Shown here piece after piece: positions 28,089 to 38,438 of a stretch of 64,000 nt of DNA. The stretch covers positions 1,344,001-1,408,000 of the forward strand of contig OZ241456.1 in assembly GCA_965200875.1 (NCBI GenBank), written 5' to 3'. The notes below the pieces were generated by a model that was given only the letters and a program-made list of their open reading frames with translations, ran no database searches and had not been told where the DNA came from. Every line of letters starts with the position of its first letter. The first letter of the stretch is position 1. Position numbers and translations under genes: made by a program. The DNA is from Bdellovibrionales bacterium. GTDB lineage: Bacteria; Bdellovibrionota; Bdellovibrionia; Bdellovibrionales; UBA1609.

Positions 28089-30227
28089 TTACTGAGATAG
28101 AGGTTTGATATGCAGTAGCCATTCAGGAAACATGATTGTTCTGTCAGAGCTGGTTAATAATTTGTAAAAAATGAAATTACGGATTAAAAGACGAACATAA
28201 GTTCTAGTTTCTTCATAAGGAATCTCTTCAATAAAAAAAAGAGGATCCGTTAAAGGAGTCTTTTTTAACCAATTAAGCACAGCGGTTCTTCCTGCATTGT
28301 AAACAGCCATCGTAAGCACAAATTGATAATCGTATTTGCCAAGTAGTTTTTTCAAAAAAGCAGAACCCAAGAGGATATTTTTCCCAGGATTATATAAGTC
28401 ATACATATTTTTATATGATATGCCGTGCTTTTTCGCAACTTGTTTGGCGACAAAGGGACGAATTTGCATGAGTCCAAAAGCATCTGCCGTGCTTCTGGCT
28501 CTAGGATTCCAAGCAGACTCCTGACGTATGAGAGCATAGATAAGCTCTTTTTCCATGTTAAAGAGCTGAGCGGATTTTTCCACTTCTTTTGTGTAAATTA
28601 CAGGAAACATTAAATCAGTATAAGATCGAAAAAATACTGTTCTTTCCTCCAAGGGCAGTTTCCCAACCATTTGAAACAAAGGGAAATAAGATCTGGCTTT
28701 TGCCATATAATAAAATAAAGTGGACCATTCCTTCATTGTTTTATTTTCATCTTTTTGATATTGTTTCGCTTTATATTTTAAAAAATCCAGAGCAAAATCA
28801 TATTCATTCAGAGAAAGCAACCATTGAACCACAATATAATCTTTATTGTTTTGATCTTGAGAAAAGTTTTGTTTTTTTTCAATACTTATTTTTCGCTTTA
28901 ATTTATAATGCGCCAATAAACCATAGTATGAAAGCGGATCATTTTTTATCAATTTATTGTAGTTTAAATGCGCTGTTTTTTGATCTCCTGTATCTTCGTA
29001 AATTCTCCCCTTCCAAAAAAGCGCGCGGGAGGGCAGATATTTACTTGCCGAAGTCCTTACAATGTCGTCCAACATTTCAATGCTTTCCATTTGCTTGCCA
29101 GCTTTATTTAAAATCCAAGCATAGCCCCACTTGGTTTTTTCACGCATTTCCACATCAGTGGATTTTTCTTTTAAAGCTTTTTGAAAAAATAAAAGGGCCT
29201 TATCTCTTTCTTTTTTTTCATCAAAAATAAGAGCTTTCATGCGATATGCCTTAAAAAGAGGGAAACGTCCCTTCAACTCTTTTTCCAGCTGATTTAAAGT
29301 TTGTAAGGCTTTAGTGTTTTGATTCAATGTCCATTGCGTGCGCGCCAACATATAAAAAATATTATGATAAATTCTCAAAGCTTTTTTTTCTGTTTTTAAT
29401 TTTCTTTTAAGCCAGTTTTTCCACTGTACCGTAGCCAACAAGTATTTTTTCTGGTTTTTTGTCATTTTATAAATCCATCTTATCCATTTAAAGGATTCAT
29501 TTTTTTGTTGGAAAGAAGATTGAGAGCTGTTTAAAATTTGCCGATAATAAAAAGTGGCTTTATTAAACTGTCGCGCTTGTCTTAAATCATTGGCAACTTT
29601 CAATTTTTGTTCATGGGATGGTTTGGAAATGTAGCGGGGAGAAAGAGTATATAAAAGTTTTCTCCATTCCTTCAGGCGACTGTCTTTTGTTTTTTTAGCC
29701 AACTCAATGGCCGATATCAGGTATTTTTCTCTTAAATATTTTTCTTTGGAAAGTGTATACATGGAATAAGAAGCCTCTATAATAACAGATTCATTTTTCA
29801 GCTGTCTAGCTTTTTTATGCCATTCCTTTACAGCTTTTTCTTTCAACCATTCCGGAAAATCAGACAAATCCATTTCAATATCTTTTGCATTACAATGAGA
29901 ATAGACATTCAAACGCGCATAAGACTTAAGGGGAAAAGATTCTATTTTGGATAAAAAGCGCATGTTGTGACAAAATAAATCAGGATCTTTTTTTTTAAAC
30001 ACAAGAGCTTTCTTGTACATGATCCACCACTCTGTGGCTTGAGTGGGATATTTTTCAGATATTAAAGCCAACTGCTTCTGAAAAGTTTCCGGGTCCTCTG
30101 TGGAAAAAACAATAGGTTCCTGAATAAACGCGGAAGGGAAATTCACCTTTTCATCTGTTTTTTTAAAAAGTGAAAAACCACATAAAAACAAACAAAGAAA
30201 AGGAAATATAAGGTAATAATATTTCAT
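28089..30227 (-). CDS. slt: Soluble lytic transglycosylase (TPR-like superhelix + SLT domain)
   Basis: ALIRQESAW, AFGLMQI, YNAG, IPYEETRTYV. Confidence 0.9.
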   Translation of the reverse strand: MKYYYLIFPFLCLFLCGFSLFKKTDEKVNFPSAFIQEPIVFSTEDPETFQKQLALISEKYPTQATEWWIMYKKALVFKKKDPDLFCHNMRFLSKIESFPLKSYARLNVYSHCNAKDIEMDLSDFPEWLKEKAVKEWHKKARQLKNESVIIEASYSMYTLSKEKYLREKYLISAIELAKKTKDSRLKEWRKLLYTLSPRYISKPSHEQKLKVANDLRQARQFNKATFYYRQILNSSQSSFQQKNESFKWIRWIYKMTKNQKKYLLATVQWKNWLKRKLKTEKKALRIYHNIFYMLARTQWTLNQNTKALQTLNQLEKELKGRFPLFKAYRMKALIFDEKKERDKALLFFQKALKEKSTDVEMREKTKWGYAWILNKAGKQMESIEMLDDIVRTSASKYLPSRALFWKGRIYEDTGDQKTAHLNYNKLIKNDPLSYYGLLAHYKLKRKISIEKKQNFSQDQNNKDYIVVQWLLSLNEYDFALDFLKYKAKQYQKDENKTMKEWSTLFYYMAKARSYFPLFQMVGKLPLEERTVFFRSYTDLMFPVIYTKEVEKSAQLFNMEKELIYALIRQESAWNPRARSTADAFGLMQIRPFVAKQVAKKHGISYKNMYDLYNPGKNILLGSAFLKKLLGKYDYQFVLTMAVYNAGRTAVLNWLKKTPLTDPLFFIEEIPYEETRTYVRLLIRNFIFYKLLTSSDRTIMFPEWLLHIKPLSQ

Positions 30228-30336
30228 AAAAGTTATATCAGATTAAATTTTGTCCAAAGTTTGTATGCGGGCCTGATGAGCAATGAAAAAACAGAAAAGG
30301 CTTTCATTTAAACTTTGCGGAGACAAAAAGAAAAAA

Positions 30337-31242
30337 TTAAAAAAAACCTTTTAGTCTTTTAATACGATCCGGAAGGGGTGGATGAGTACTAAAAAGCTTG
30401 GCCATAAGGGAGGTCCTACTATTGTTATTTATCATTAAATAGCTGTATTGTTTTTTTCCTTGAGACCTTCCTGCTTGGCTTATTTGAGAGAGAGCTGTTA
30501 GTGCGGATACCATTTTGTCTCTGCCGGCTAGCTGAGCACCGCCGTGATCCGCTCGGTATTCTCTCCAACGGGAAAAGAAACATACCAGCATGGAACCTGG
30601 AATGAACAAAATAAGCGCGAATATTTGACAGACAATATATTCCATAAACCAATTTTCCCGATCTCTGAGAACAGCATTAACCACCACTTTGGCTAGGAGA
30701 CGAGCTATTAAAAAAACCATCACATTAACCAATCCCTGTATAAGACACATTGTAACCATATCGCCATTGGCAATATGAGACACCTCATGAGCCAGTACCC
30801 CTTCTACTTCTTGGTCATTCATTTGATTCAGAAGGCCGGATGAAACTGCCACCAAGGATCTTTTCTTGCTGGGGCCAGTGGCAAACGCATTAACTTCATC
30901 ACTTTCATAAATTCCCACGGCTGGTTTGGCGGGCAATCCGGCTTTTATCGCCAGATTGTGCACTCTTCGAACCAACTCTCTTTCCTGCTCATTGAAGTTC
31001 TTTTCTTCAAGCAGTCTGACTCCCATAAATTGAATAGCCAGCCATTTGGACATCCAAAGATTAACAAACGCCCCTCCCATTCCAATAATAGTGTAAAAAA
31101 CCAAATAAAAGGTGAACCCCTGTAATTCTATTTGAAAATAGTTCATTAAAATTGTCATCGCGAAATACAGAGTGGACACTATTAAAAAGTTGGTAAAGAG
31201 AAAAAAGAAAATTCTCTTTCCCCATGTGGCTGTATTTTTCAT
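30337..31242 (-). CDS. htpX: Zinc metalloprotease HtpX
   Basis: NAFATG, VAVSSGLL, AHEVSHIANGDMVT, SRWREYRAD, STHPP; GGAGGAG RBS before ATG at 31242. Confidence 0.95.
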   Translation of the reverse strand: MKNTATWGKRIFFFLFTNFLIVSTLYFAMTILMNYFQIELQGFTFYLVFYTIIGMGGAFVNLWMSKWLAIQFMGVRLLEEKNFNEQERELVRRVHNLAIKAGLPAKPAVGIYESDEVNAFATGPSKKRSLVAVSSGLLNQMNDQEVEGVLAHEVSHIANGDMVTMCLIQGLVNVMVFLIARLLAKVVVNAVLRDRENWFMEYIVCQIFALILFIPGSMLVCFFSRWREYRADHGGAQLAGRDKMVSALTALSQISQAGRSQGKKQYSYLMINNNSRTSLMAKLFSTHPPLPDRIKRLKGFF

Positions 31243-31264
31243 TTTATTATCTCCTCCTGTTATT

Positions 31265-31957
31265 TTATAGTGGACAAGCACTGTTGAGCATCTGTGCCGT
31301 CACAGGTTGATTTGTTTTTTTAGTTCCATCATTTACTCTTGAAATTTGTTTATACTGGTTAATACACCATACATCTTTATTTGTTGCGTTACCTGGATCT
31401 TTTTGAGTTTTATTTATGATATCAGCTATGGCCATTACCCTGAATTTATTTTTCTCCGCAAGGAGATCTCCAAAAAGGCTTGGAGGCTGATTATTTTGTC
31501 TGTTTTTGGTAAAAGCACAGCCTTTTACTATACCACCACCGAAAGTGGCACCACATATATTCCAAAAAGTATTGTTTGATGCCCATTCATTGTTGATTTT
31601 GTCTTTAAGACTTTGAGGGACACCAGCCTCGGAAGAGGGATCAAAATGAGCCCCTACGGAAAATCCTGCGTTATACAGCAATTCCCCATCAGGAAACACC
31701 CCAGCCAATGTAAGATGAGCTGTATAAAAACGCCAATTAAGAAAAAAAGATTTTTCAGCCATATAGATTTGACTCAAAGTGGACTTAGCTTCTGCGGTTT
31801 TGGCCGAGCGGGTATATGTTCTGTAGGAAGGCACAGCAATAGAGCTAAGAATACCCACCAATACAAGGGTAATTAACACTTCCAACATGGTAACACCTGC
31901 TTTTTTGTATATCAGCAACACATTTCCTTTTTTAAAGTTGCCTTTACAGTATACCAA
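31265..31957 (-). CDS. Type IV pilin, PilA-like (start uncertain)
   Basis: AG|VTMLEVLITLVLVGILSSIAVPSY...EAKSTLSQIYMAEKSFF (deltaproteobacterial-style pilin). Confidence 0.85.
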   Translation of the reverse strand: MVYCKGNFKKGNVLLIYKKAGVTMLEVLITLVLVGILSSIAVPSYRTYTRSAKTAEAKSTLSQIYMAEKSFFLNWRFYTAHLTLAGVFPDGELLYNAGFSVGAHFDPSSEAGVPQSLKDKINNEWASNNTFWNICGATFGGGIVKGCAFTKNRQNNQPPSLFGDLLAEKNKFRVMAIADIINKTQKDPGNATNKDVWCINQYKQISRVNDGTKKTNQPVTAQMLNSACPL

Positions 31958-32019
31958 AAATTATACTGTATTATCTTGTTTATGCAATCAAATTTATTTA
32001 AAATTGATAAAAAGCTGGC

Positions 32020-32721
32020 GTGAGTCGATGGAGCGTGAAAACAATGAAATTTTTAATTTTAGCTTTATCCATAAGCGGATTTGTTTTTTTTGGAGAAGTA
32101 AAAGAGCAAGAAAAAAAGCCTCTTTATTTTGCACCCCCTAATGTTCTGCAATATTTTTCATTGGGTTACCGGGATTTTATGGCAAATCTTCTATGGCTGA
32201 GATTTATACAGGATGCGGATTTTTGTTCTTTTGAAAAAGGGAAGCCAATTTATACAGGAAATAAAAAACATTGTGAACTAGGTTGGTCCTATAATATGGT
32301 AGATGCCATTACGGAGCTGGCTCCCCGGTTCAAAACTCCTTATACGCTTTCCAGCGTCATACTCAGTGTTTTTACAGGGGATAAAAAAGGAGCAGAGAAA
32401 ATTTTGCTAAAAGGCTTAAAATATTTCCCAGATGATTGGCGCATCAATTTTTATTCAGCTTATTTCTATGCTGTGGAGATGAAGAAACCCAACCGGGCGG
32501 CTCGTTACGCATACCAATCTGCCAAAAACGGAGGGCCTTATTGGCTTTACAGTCTGGCGGCCAAGCAACATGGAGAAACAGGAACAGAAGAGCATTTTCA
32601 GCTGGGTGAGCAAATACTGACAGATCTGTTAAATAAAGATCTAACAGATGAGCAAAAAAAACATGTTGAAAAACATTTGAAAAATTTTCGGAAAGAATAT
32701 ATGGAACAACCTGTCAAATAA
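32020..32721 (+). CDS. Pilin-adjacent TPR-like protein (likely start 32044)
   Basis: LGYRDFMANLLWLRFIQ...ITELAPRF...ILLKGLKYFPDDW; divergent from the pilin gene. Confidence 0.6.
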   Translation: MSRWSVKTMKFLILALSISGFVFFGEVKEQEKKPLYFAPPNVLQYFSLGYRDFMANLLWLRFIQDADFCSFEKGKPIYTGNKKHCELGWSYNMVDAITELAPRFKTPYTLSSVILSVFTGDKKGAEKILLKGLKYFPDDWRINFYSAYFYAVEMKKPNRAARYAYQSAKNGGPYWLYSLAAKQHGETGTEEHFQLGEQILTDLLNKDLTDEQKKHVEKHLKNFRKEYMEQPVK

Positions 32722-32824
32722 AGAGTAAACACCTAGTTTTTGAATTTTTTGAGATAAATAAACTAACTTTTGTAGTGGTTACTGCACTTTTTCAGAAAAA
32801 AAATCAATTATTTTTTTGCATTTT

Positions 32825-32850
32825 CTTGACCTTTTTTTATTTATCCACAT
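32825..32850 (+). promoter_or_regulatory. Putative heat-shock (RpoH-like) promoter of dnaJ
   Basis: CTTGAC-N14-CCACAT; same spacing as the motif before dnaK. Confidence 0.5.
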
Positions 32851-32947
32851 GTTTTTCCTGTATTATGCGATTTTAGACCAATTCGGCCTTAAAATTGTTG
32901 GATACCAAAATAATGTCTATTCTTAGTGGAGTACAGGTTGGAATTAT

Positions 32948-34051
32948 ATGGCGAAGGATTATTACGATATATTGTCTGTACCTCGTGATTGTGCTCAAGA
33001 AGATATTAAAAAAGCTTTTCGAAAGCTGGCTTTGAAGTATCATCCTGATCGGAATCAAGGAGATAAAACTGCGGAAAAAAAATTCAAAGAAGTTGCGTCT
33101 GCTTATGAAATATTGGGAGATCCAAAAAAACGAGCTAAATATGATCAATTTGGTCATGCCGGTGTAAACTCTCGTTTTGGACAAACAGGGTTTCACGATA
33201 TTCAGGATATTTTTTCCTCTTTCAGAGACATTTTTGAAGGAGGGGATCTTTTTGGAAGAAATTTCAGCTCTCTTTTTGGAGATCAAGGGTTTTCCCCTAC
33301 AGGAGGTATGAGAAACGCTATCAGAGGTGCTGATTTGCGCTACAATATGGAGATATCTCTTAAGGAAGTGTTAAATGGAGTGGATAAGACAATTGGCTAT
33401 GAAGTGGAAAAAAATTGCGACACCTGTAAAGGTTCTGGAACAAGTCCAGGAACAAAGAGGAAAAACTGTTCGGAATGCAATGGATCAGGGAGATTAACAC
33501 GCAGACAAGGTTTTTTTGCTTTTTCCTCTACTTGTCCAACCTGCCAAGGGGTAGGTTCCGTGATTGATTCACCTTGTGGAGTTTGTTTTGGAAAGGGACG
33601 AAAAAAGCAAAAGGCTAAAGTGGAAGTGCGCATTCCGGCAGGAGTGAATACAGGAACTCATTTGAGATTAAGTCAAAAAGGAGAGTCGGGACATTATGGA
33701 GGTCAACCAGGAGACTTATATGTTCAAATTATTGTTAAAAAGGATTCAAAATTACAGCGCAAAGGTTCTGACTTAATTGGCACAGTTGTCATATCCTATC
33801 TTCAGGCACTTTTAGGAACTAAAATGGAGGTTTATTCACTAGAAGGAAAAAAAGAAATTGTGGTGCCAAAGGGTGCTCAGTACGGTGATTTTATCACTTT
33901 GAAAGGGGAAGGGTTACCAGAATTGAATCGTAAAAAAAGAGGGAATTTATTGTATCAGGTGCAGGTAAAAATACCCCACAAATTGAAGAAAAGAGAAGAG
34001 GAAAGCTTAAGAGAGATCGCCAGAGTAAAAGGAGAATGTGTTTTGGATTAG
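32948..34051 (+). CDS. dnaJ: Chaperone DnaJ
   Basis: HPD J-domain, G/F region, four CxxCxGxG repeats. Confidence 0.99.
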   Translation: MAKDYYDILSVPRDCAQEDIKKAFRKLALKYHPDRNQGDKTAEKKFKEVASAYEILGDPKKRAKYDQFGHAGVNSRFGQTGFHDIQDIFSSFRDIFEGGDLFGRNFSSLFGDQGFSPTGGMRNAIRGADLRYNMEISLKEVLNGVDKTIGYEVEKNCDTCKGSGTSPGTKRKNCSECNGSGRLTRRQGFFAFSSTCPTCQGVGSVIDSPCGVCFGKGRKKQKAKVEVRIPAGVNTGTHLRLSQKGESGHYGGQPGDLYVQIIVKKDSKLQRKGSDLIGTVVISYLQALLGTKMEVYSLEGKKEIVVPKGAQYGDFITLKGEGLPELNRKKRGNLLYQVQVKIPHKLKKREEESLREIARVKGECVLD

Positions 34052-34054
34052 TAT

Positions 34055-34080
34055 CTTGACTACTGCGCTTTTACCTTCAT
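34055..34080 (+). promoter_or_regulatory. Putative heat-shock (RpoH-like) promoter of dnaK
   Basis: CTTGAC-N14-CTTCAT. Confidence 0.45.
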
Positions 34081-34193
34081 ATTAAGAGAAAGAGAACAAG
34101 GTTTTGAATGACAGTCTAATGAGACGCAAACTGCGAAAGGCAAATAAAATATAACAAATAATAACAACTAACAAAATAAACAGGAGTATAATT

Positions 34194-36107
34194 ATGGAAA
34201 AAATTGTCGGTATTGACTTGGGCACAACTAACTCTGTTGTCGCTGTTATTGAAGGCGGTAAGCCTAAAGTGATAGCCAACTCAGAAGGGAATCGTGTAAC
34301 CCCTTCCATTATTGGCTGGAATAAAAATGGAGAGAGACTGGTGGGACAGCTGGCCAAAAGACAAGCTGTTATTCACCCGGAATCCACTATATTTTCCTCC
34401 AAGAGATTTATCGGGAAAAAATTTGATGATATGCAGGAAGAGATCAAAAAAGTGCCTTACAAAGTGGTAAAAACAAAAACCGGAGACTGTGGCTTTAAAA
34501 TTAACAATAAAATTTATACTTGTGAAGAGGCCGGAAGTTTTATTCTGGCCAAGTTAAAGGAAGAGGCAGAAGAATATCTGGGACAAAAAGTGAAATCGGC
34601 CGTTATTACTGTACCGGCGTACTTTAACAGTACACAGAGACAAGCCACAAAGGATGCAGGTAGAATTGCCGGGCTTGAAGTAAAACGAGTCATTAACGAA
34701 CCAACTGCCGCGGCTTTGTTTTACGGGATGGATAAAAGGGTAAATCAAAAAATAGCTGTATATGACTTCGGTGGTGGCACTCTTGATATTTCCATTTTGG
34801 AAGTTTCGGAAAATTTAATTGAAGTAAAGTCCACTAATGGAGACACTTTCCTAGGAGGTGATGATTTTGACATAAGACTGATGAATTGGATGATTGAGGA
34901 ATTTAAAAAATCTTCAGGTATAGATTTATCCAAAGATAAAATAGCTTTACAGCGTCTGAGAGAACACGCTGAAAAAGCAAAAATTGAATTAAGCTCTGTA
35001 CAGGAAACACATATTAACCTGCCTTTTATTACAGCAGACGCTGAAGGACCGAAGCACATGGACATGAAGTTGAACAGAGCCAAATTCGATCAACTCACTG
35101 AGGATTTAGTAAAGCGCTCCATAGAACCGTGCAAATCTGCTATGGCGGATGGCAACTTTAATTTAAGTGATATTGATGAAGTGATTTTAGTAGGTGGCAC
35201 AACTCGTATTCCTGCTGTTCAGCAAGCTGTAAAAGATTTTTTCAACAAGGAGCTGAATAAGTCTGTTAACCCGGATGAAGTAGTGGCTCTAGGGGCGACT
35301 GTTCAAGCAGGAATTTTTATGGAAGAGGTAAAAGATATTTTACTTTTAGATGTCACTCCTTTGTCTTTGGGCATTGAAACTCTTGGTGGAGTGATGACTC
35401 GCCTTATTGAAAGAAATACAACAGTTCCTACTGAAAAATCAGAAGTATTTTCCACGGCAGAGGATAATCAACCGGGTGTCAATATTCGTGTATTTCAAGG
35501 GGAAAGAAAGATGGCAAATGATAACAAACTTCTTGGAGAGTTTGAGCTGATTGATATTCCTCCTGCACCTCGCGGTGTACCTAAGATTGAAGTGACTTTT
35601 AAAATAGATGTGGATGGCACAATGAATGTGTCTGCTAAAAATAAAGGCACTGGTAAAGAACAATCCATTAAAATTGATAAACCAGGTTTAACAGAGGATG
35701 AAATTAAAAAAATGGTGGATTCAGCTGAGCAACATGCAGAAGCAGACAAAGAAAAGAAAGAAAACATCAGCCTAAAAAACAAGTTAGATGGCATTATTTA
35801 TCGGGTGGAAAAACTGATATCTGAAAACAAAGGAAAATTACCCAAAGATTTGGAGGAGGAAGCGAAAAATGCTGTCTCTAACAGTAAAAGTTGTCTGAAT
35901 AAAGAAGAGGCTACAAAGGAAGATTTTCAGAACTCGTATAACGACATGAATAAAATCCTTGGAAAGCTGGGATCAGCTGTGTACTCTGCTTCTAAAAGTT
36001 CAGCAGATTCCTCCAAGGAAGGATTTGACAAAGATGCGGAAAAAGGTAGCAAAAAAAAGGGGAAAGACGATGATGTGATTGATGTGGGTTTTAAGGATGT
36101 AAAATAA
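34194..36107 (+). CDS. dnaK: Chaperone DnaK
   Basis: [45 protein letters not shown]. Confidence 0.99.
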   Translation: MEKIVGIDLGTTNSVVAVIEGGKPKVIANSEGNRVTPSIIGWNKNGERLVGQLAKRQAVIHPESTIFSSKRFIGKKFDDMQEEIKKVPYKVVKTKTGDCGFKINNKIYTCEEAGSFILAKLKEEAEEYLGQKVKSAVITVPAYFNSTQRQATKDAGRIAGLEVKRVINEPTAAALFYGMDKRVNQKIAVYDFGGGTLDISILEVSENLIEVKSTNGDTFLGGDDFDIRLMNWMIEEFKKSSGIDLSKDKIALQRLREHAEKAKIELSSVQETHINLPFITADAEGPKHMDMKLNRAKFDQLTEDLVKRSIEPCKSAMADGNFNLSDIDEVILVGGTTRIPAVQQAVKDFFNKELNKSVNPDEVVALGATVQAGIFMEEVKDILLLDVTPLSLGIETLGGVMTRLIERNTTVPTEKSEVFSTAEDNQPGVNIRVFQGERKMANDNKLLGEFELIDIPPAPRGVPKIEVTFKIDVDGTMNVSAKNKGTGKEQSIKIDKPGLTEDEIKKMVDSAEQHAEADKEKKENISLKNKLDGIIYRVEKLISENKGKLPKDLEEEAKNAVSNSKSCLNKEEATKEDFQNSYNDMNKILGKLGSAVYSASKSSADSSKEGFDKDAEKGSKKKGKDDDVIDVGFKDVK

Positions 36108-36393
36108 GAAGCCCCCGTGATAACGGTTGTATCTTTTATGTATAAGTTTTTATTATACTATTTAAACATTGTATTGTTTTTTGTTATACCAGTTTCCCGG
36201 AAAAAAAAATATATTTCCACAGAATCGGCAGGTATTTTCCGTATAAAGAAAAAAGGGTTTTAATATAAGTTATTGAAATAATTATATTTATATATTATAA
36301 CAAATTTAATACAACTGAACAGATTTAATACAGCAAAGTTCCTTTAAAAAACTGATTGTTACTCACAAAATTTTGTAAAAAAATTGGTAGGTA

Positions 36394-37104
36394 ATGTTGA
36401 CATTATTTATTAATTCATTCACCCTTTTAAGGACAGTGAAAAAATTATTGCTTTTGCCTTTTTACTTGAACATTTTAGTTGCTTATTCAGTTTCTTCTTA
36501 TGCCTTTGATTCGTCTCAGGGTCTACAAACCAAGATAAATAGTTCTGTCTCTGATTTGCCGAAAAATTTTGAATCTATCGCAAATTTTCCCGATTTACAA
36601 AAAAACTTTGTATTTGTGTTAAGTGCTTGGGTAATAGATATTTATACATGGTCTGAGCAAGACAAAAGATATAGCCTCCAAAGCAGTCAGTTTAATTTTA
36701 AAGTGGAGCTTGAAGATCAAAAAACCAAAGAACTCAAATTGGTGGATTCAGGTAATATCATAGACAAGCCAAACCAAGATACACGTTATTTGTATGTACG
36801 AACTTCCAATATGGTGCATTTTATATCTGCTGTTACTGGAACAAAAAAAACATTAAAAGCCAGTCTTTCTGATAATAAGGAAAATCTTAAGATTTATCTG
36901 CCGGAAAAAGACAAAAGCGATATTTTATCTGGTATGATTTCAGCAGTAGGAATGGATTTTTCCATATATCAAAATCAAAATAAGTTTTCTGATTATAATT
37001 GCCATATAGAAAATAAAGAACTTGTATGTATAATTGATTATGTTCTGAGAAATCAAGGAAATCATGAAACAGGAATCCACCCCCAGTCAAAAATTGGAAT
37101 TTGA
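36394..37104 (+). CDS. Hypothetical, probably secreted protein (start uncertain)
   Basis: 236-aa ORF with signal-like VKKLLLLPF...SYA segment; no recognised family. Confidence 0.6.
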   Translation: MLTLFINSFTLLRTVKKLLLLPFYLNILVAYSVSSYAFDSSQGLQTKINSSVSDLPKNFESIANFPDLQKNFVFVLSAWVIDIYTWSEQDKRYSLQSSQFNFKVELEDQKTKELKLVDSGNIIDKPNQDTRYLYVRTSNMVHFISAVTGTKKTLKASLSDNKENLKIYLPEKDKSDILSGMISAVGMDFSIYQNQNKFSDYNCHIENKELVCIIDYVLRNQGNHETGIHPQSKIGI

Positions 37105-37762
37105 AGTTTTCGCCAGAAAATCAGGCAAAACTTTTTCCCGACAACTGAGAAAAGAACATAAAATACCAGCCATTGTATATGGCCCTAGCCAAAAAACCAT
37201 GAATTTGGCTTTGGATATTCGATCTGTGGAGAAATACTCAAAAAAAGAATATGAAAACAAAATATTCACTTTTAAGTCAGAAGAAAGCCATTTAAATGGT
37301 CTGAAAGTGCTGAAAAAAGACATAAGTTGCCATAAGCTGACACGAAAACCCATTCATATTGATTTTCTCTCTTTGGATATGAATAAAAAAGTACGTGTTC
37401 ATGTGGATGTGCACTTTACTGGCAAGGCAAAAGGTGTCAAAGAATCCGGTGGAGTTTTTAATATTATTCGCAGAAATGTGGAAGTGGAATGTATGCCAGC
37501 GGAAATACCAGAAGCCTTCTCCATTGATATAGGTCCTTTGGATATTGATCAAAATTTTCATGTCTCTGATTTGCAAATACCGAAAAACATTAAACTGATT
37601 ACCAGTCTAAAATCCTCCCTATGCGGAGTCAGCGAAATTACGGAAGAAGAGGAAAAAGCCAAAACTGAAGAAGGAGCAGATACAACAACCAAAACAGCCA
37701 CTGCTGAGGTGGCAACCTCCAAATCTGAAGATAAAAAAGAAGTCAGCTCAACGAAAAAATGA
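37064..37762 (+). CDS. rplY: 50S ribosomal protein L25/Ctc
   Basis: IPAIVYG, HIDF, GVKESGG; upstream of pth. Confidence 0.95.
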   Translation: MKQESTPSQKLEFEVFARKSGKTFSRQLRKEHKIPAIVYGPSQKTMNLALDIRSVEKYSKKEYENKIFTFKSEESHLNGLKVLKKDISCHKLTRKPIHIDFLSLDMNKKVRVHVDVHFTGKAKGVKESGGVFNIIRRNVEVECMPAEIPEAFSIDIGPLDIDQNFHVSDLQIPKNIKLITSLKSSLCGVSEITEEEEKAKTEEGADTTTKTATAEVATSKSEDKKEVSSTKK

Positions 37763-38367
37763 AACTGATTACAGGTCTTGGGAATCCGGGAGAAAAATAT
37801 CTTTTAACCCCACATAATATTGGTTGGATCGTAATAGATGCGTTTGCCCATTATCTGAATATTTCATGGTCATCAAAGAAAAAATTATCCGCACAAATAA
37901 CAGAGAGTCAAAAAGTTTTATTAGCCAAACCTGTAACATACATGAATCTTTCAGGAACAGCTGTAAAAAGCCTGATGAATTATTACCATATCCCCTTGGA
38001 AAATCTTTTGGTCATACATGATGATATTGATTTGCCTTTTTTGAGTTTACGCTTTCAAAAAAATCGCGGACCAGCCGGACATAACGGGTTGAAAAACATT
38101 AACCACGAACTAGGTAGTCAAAACTATACCCGGCTGAGAATAGGTATGAGAGCCTTGGAACCACCACACACAACACCATCAGATGAACCAGCACCAGTAA
38201 TGCCCCCCTCGACGACGACCCCATTTCCTGTAAAAAGACAAGTCCTAAAACCTTTTACGAAAACAGAACAGGAGTTATTGTCCAACTTTTTAAACAAAGC
38301 TATTTCAGCTCTGGAATATTTTATCAAAGAAGGGTTGGACAAAACAGCCAATCTTTATAATAAGTAA
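37759..38367 (+). CDS. pth: Peptidyl-tRNA hydrolase
   Basis: GLGNPG, HNIG, KPVTYMNLSG, HDDID, GHNGLK, RLRIG. Confidence 0.97.
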   Translation: MKLITGLGNPGEKYLLTPHNIGWIVIDAFAHYLNISWSSKKKLSAQITESQKVLLAKPVTYMNLSGTAVKSLMNYYHIPLENLLVIHDDIDLPFLSLRFQKNRGPAGHNGLKNINHELGSQNYTRLRIGMRALEPPHTTPSDEPAPVMPPSTTTPFPVKRQVLKPFTKTEQELLSNFLNKAISALEYFIKEGLDKTANLYNK

Positions 38368-38438
38368 TAAAACAAATTATTCTTGGACTCAAAATTTTGG
38401 TTTCCTAGAATAAGTTTCAAAACAGGCATATAAAAAAA

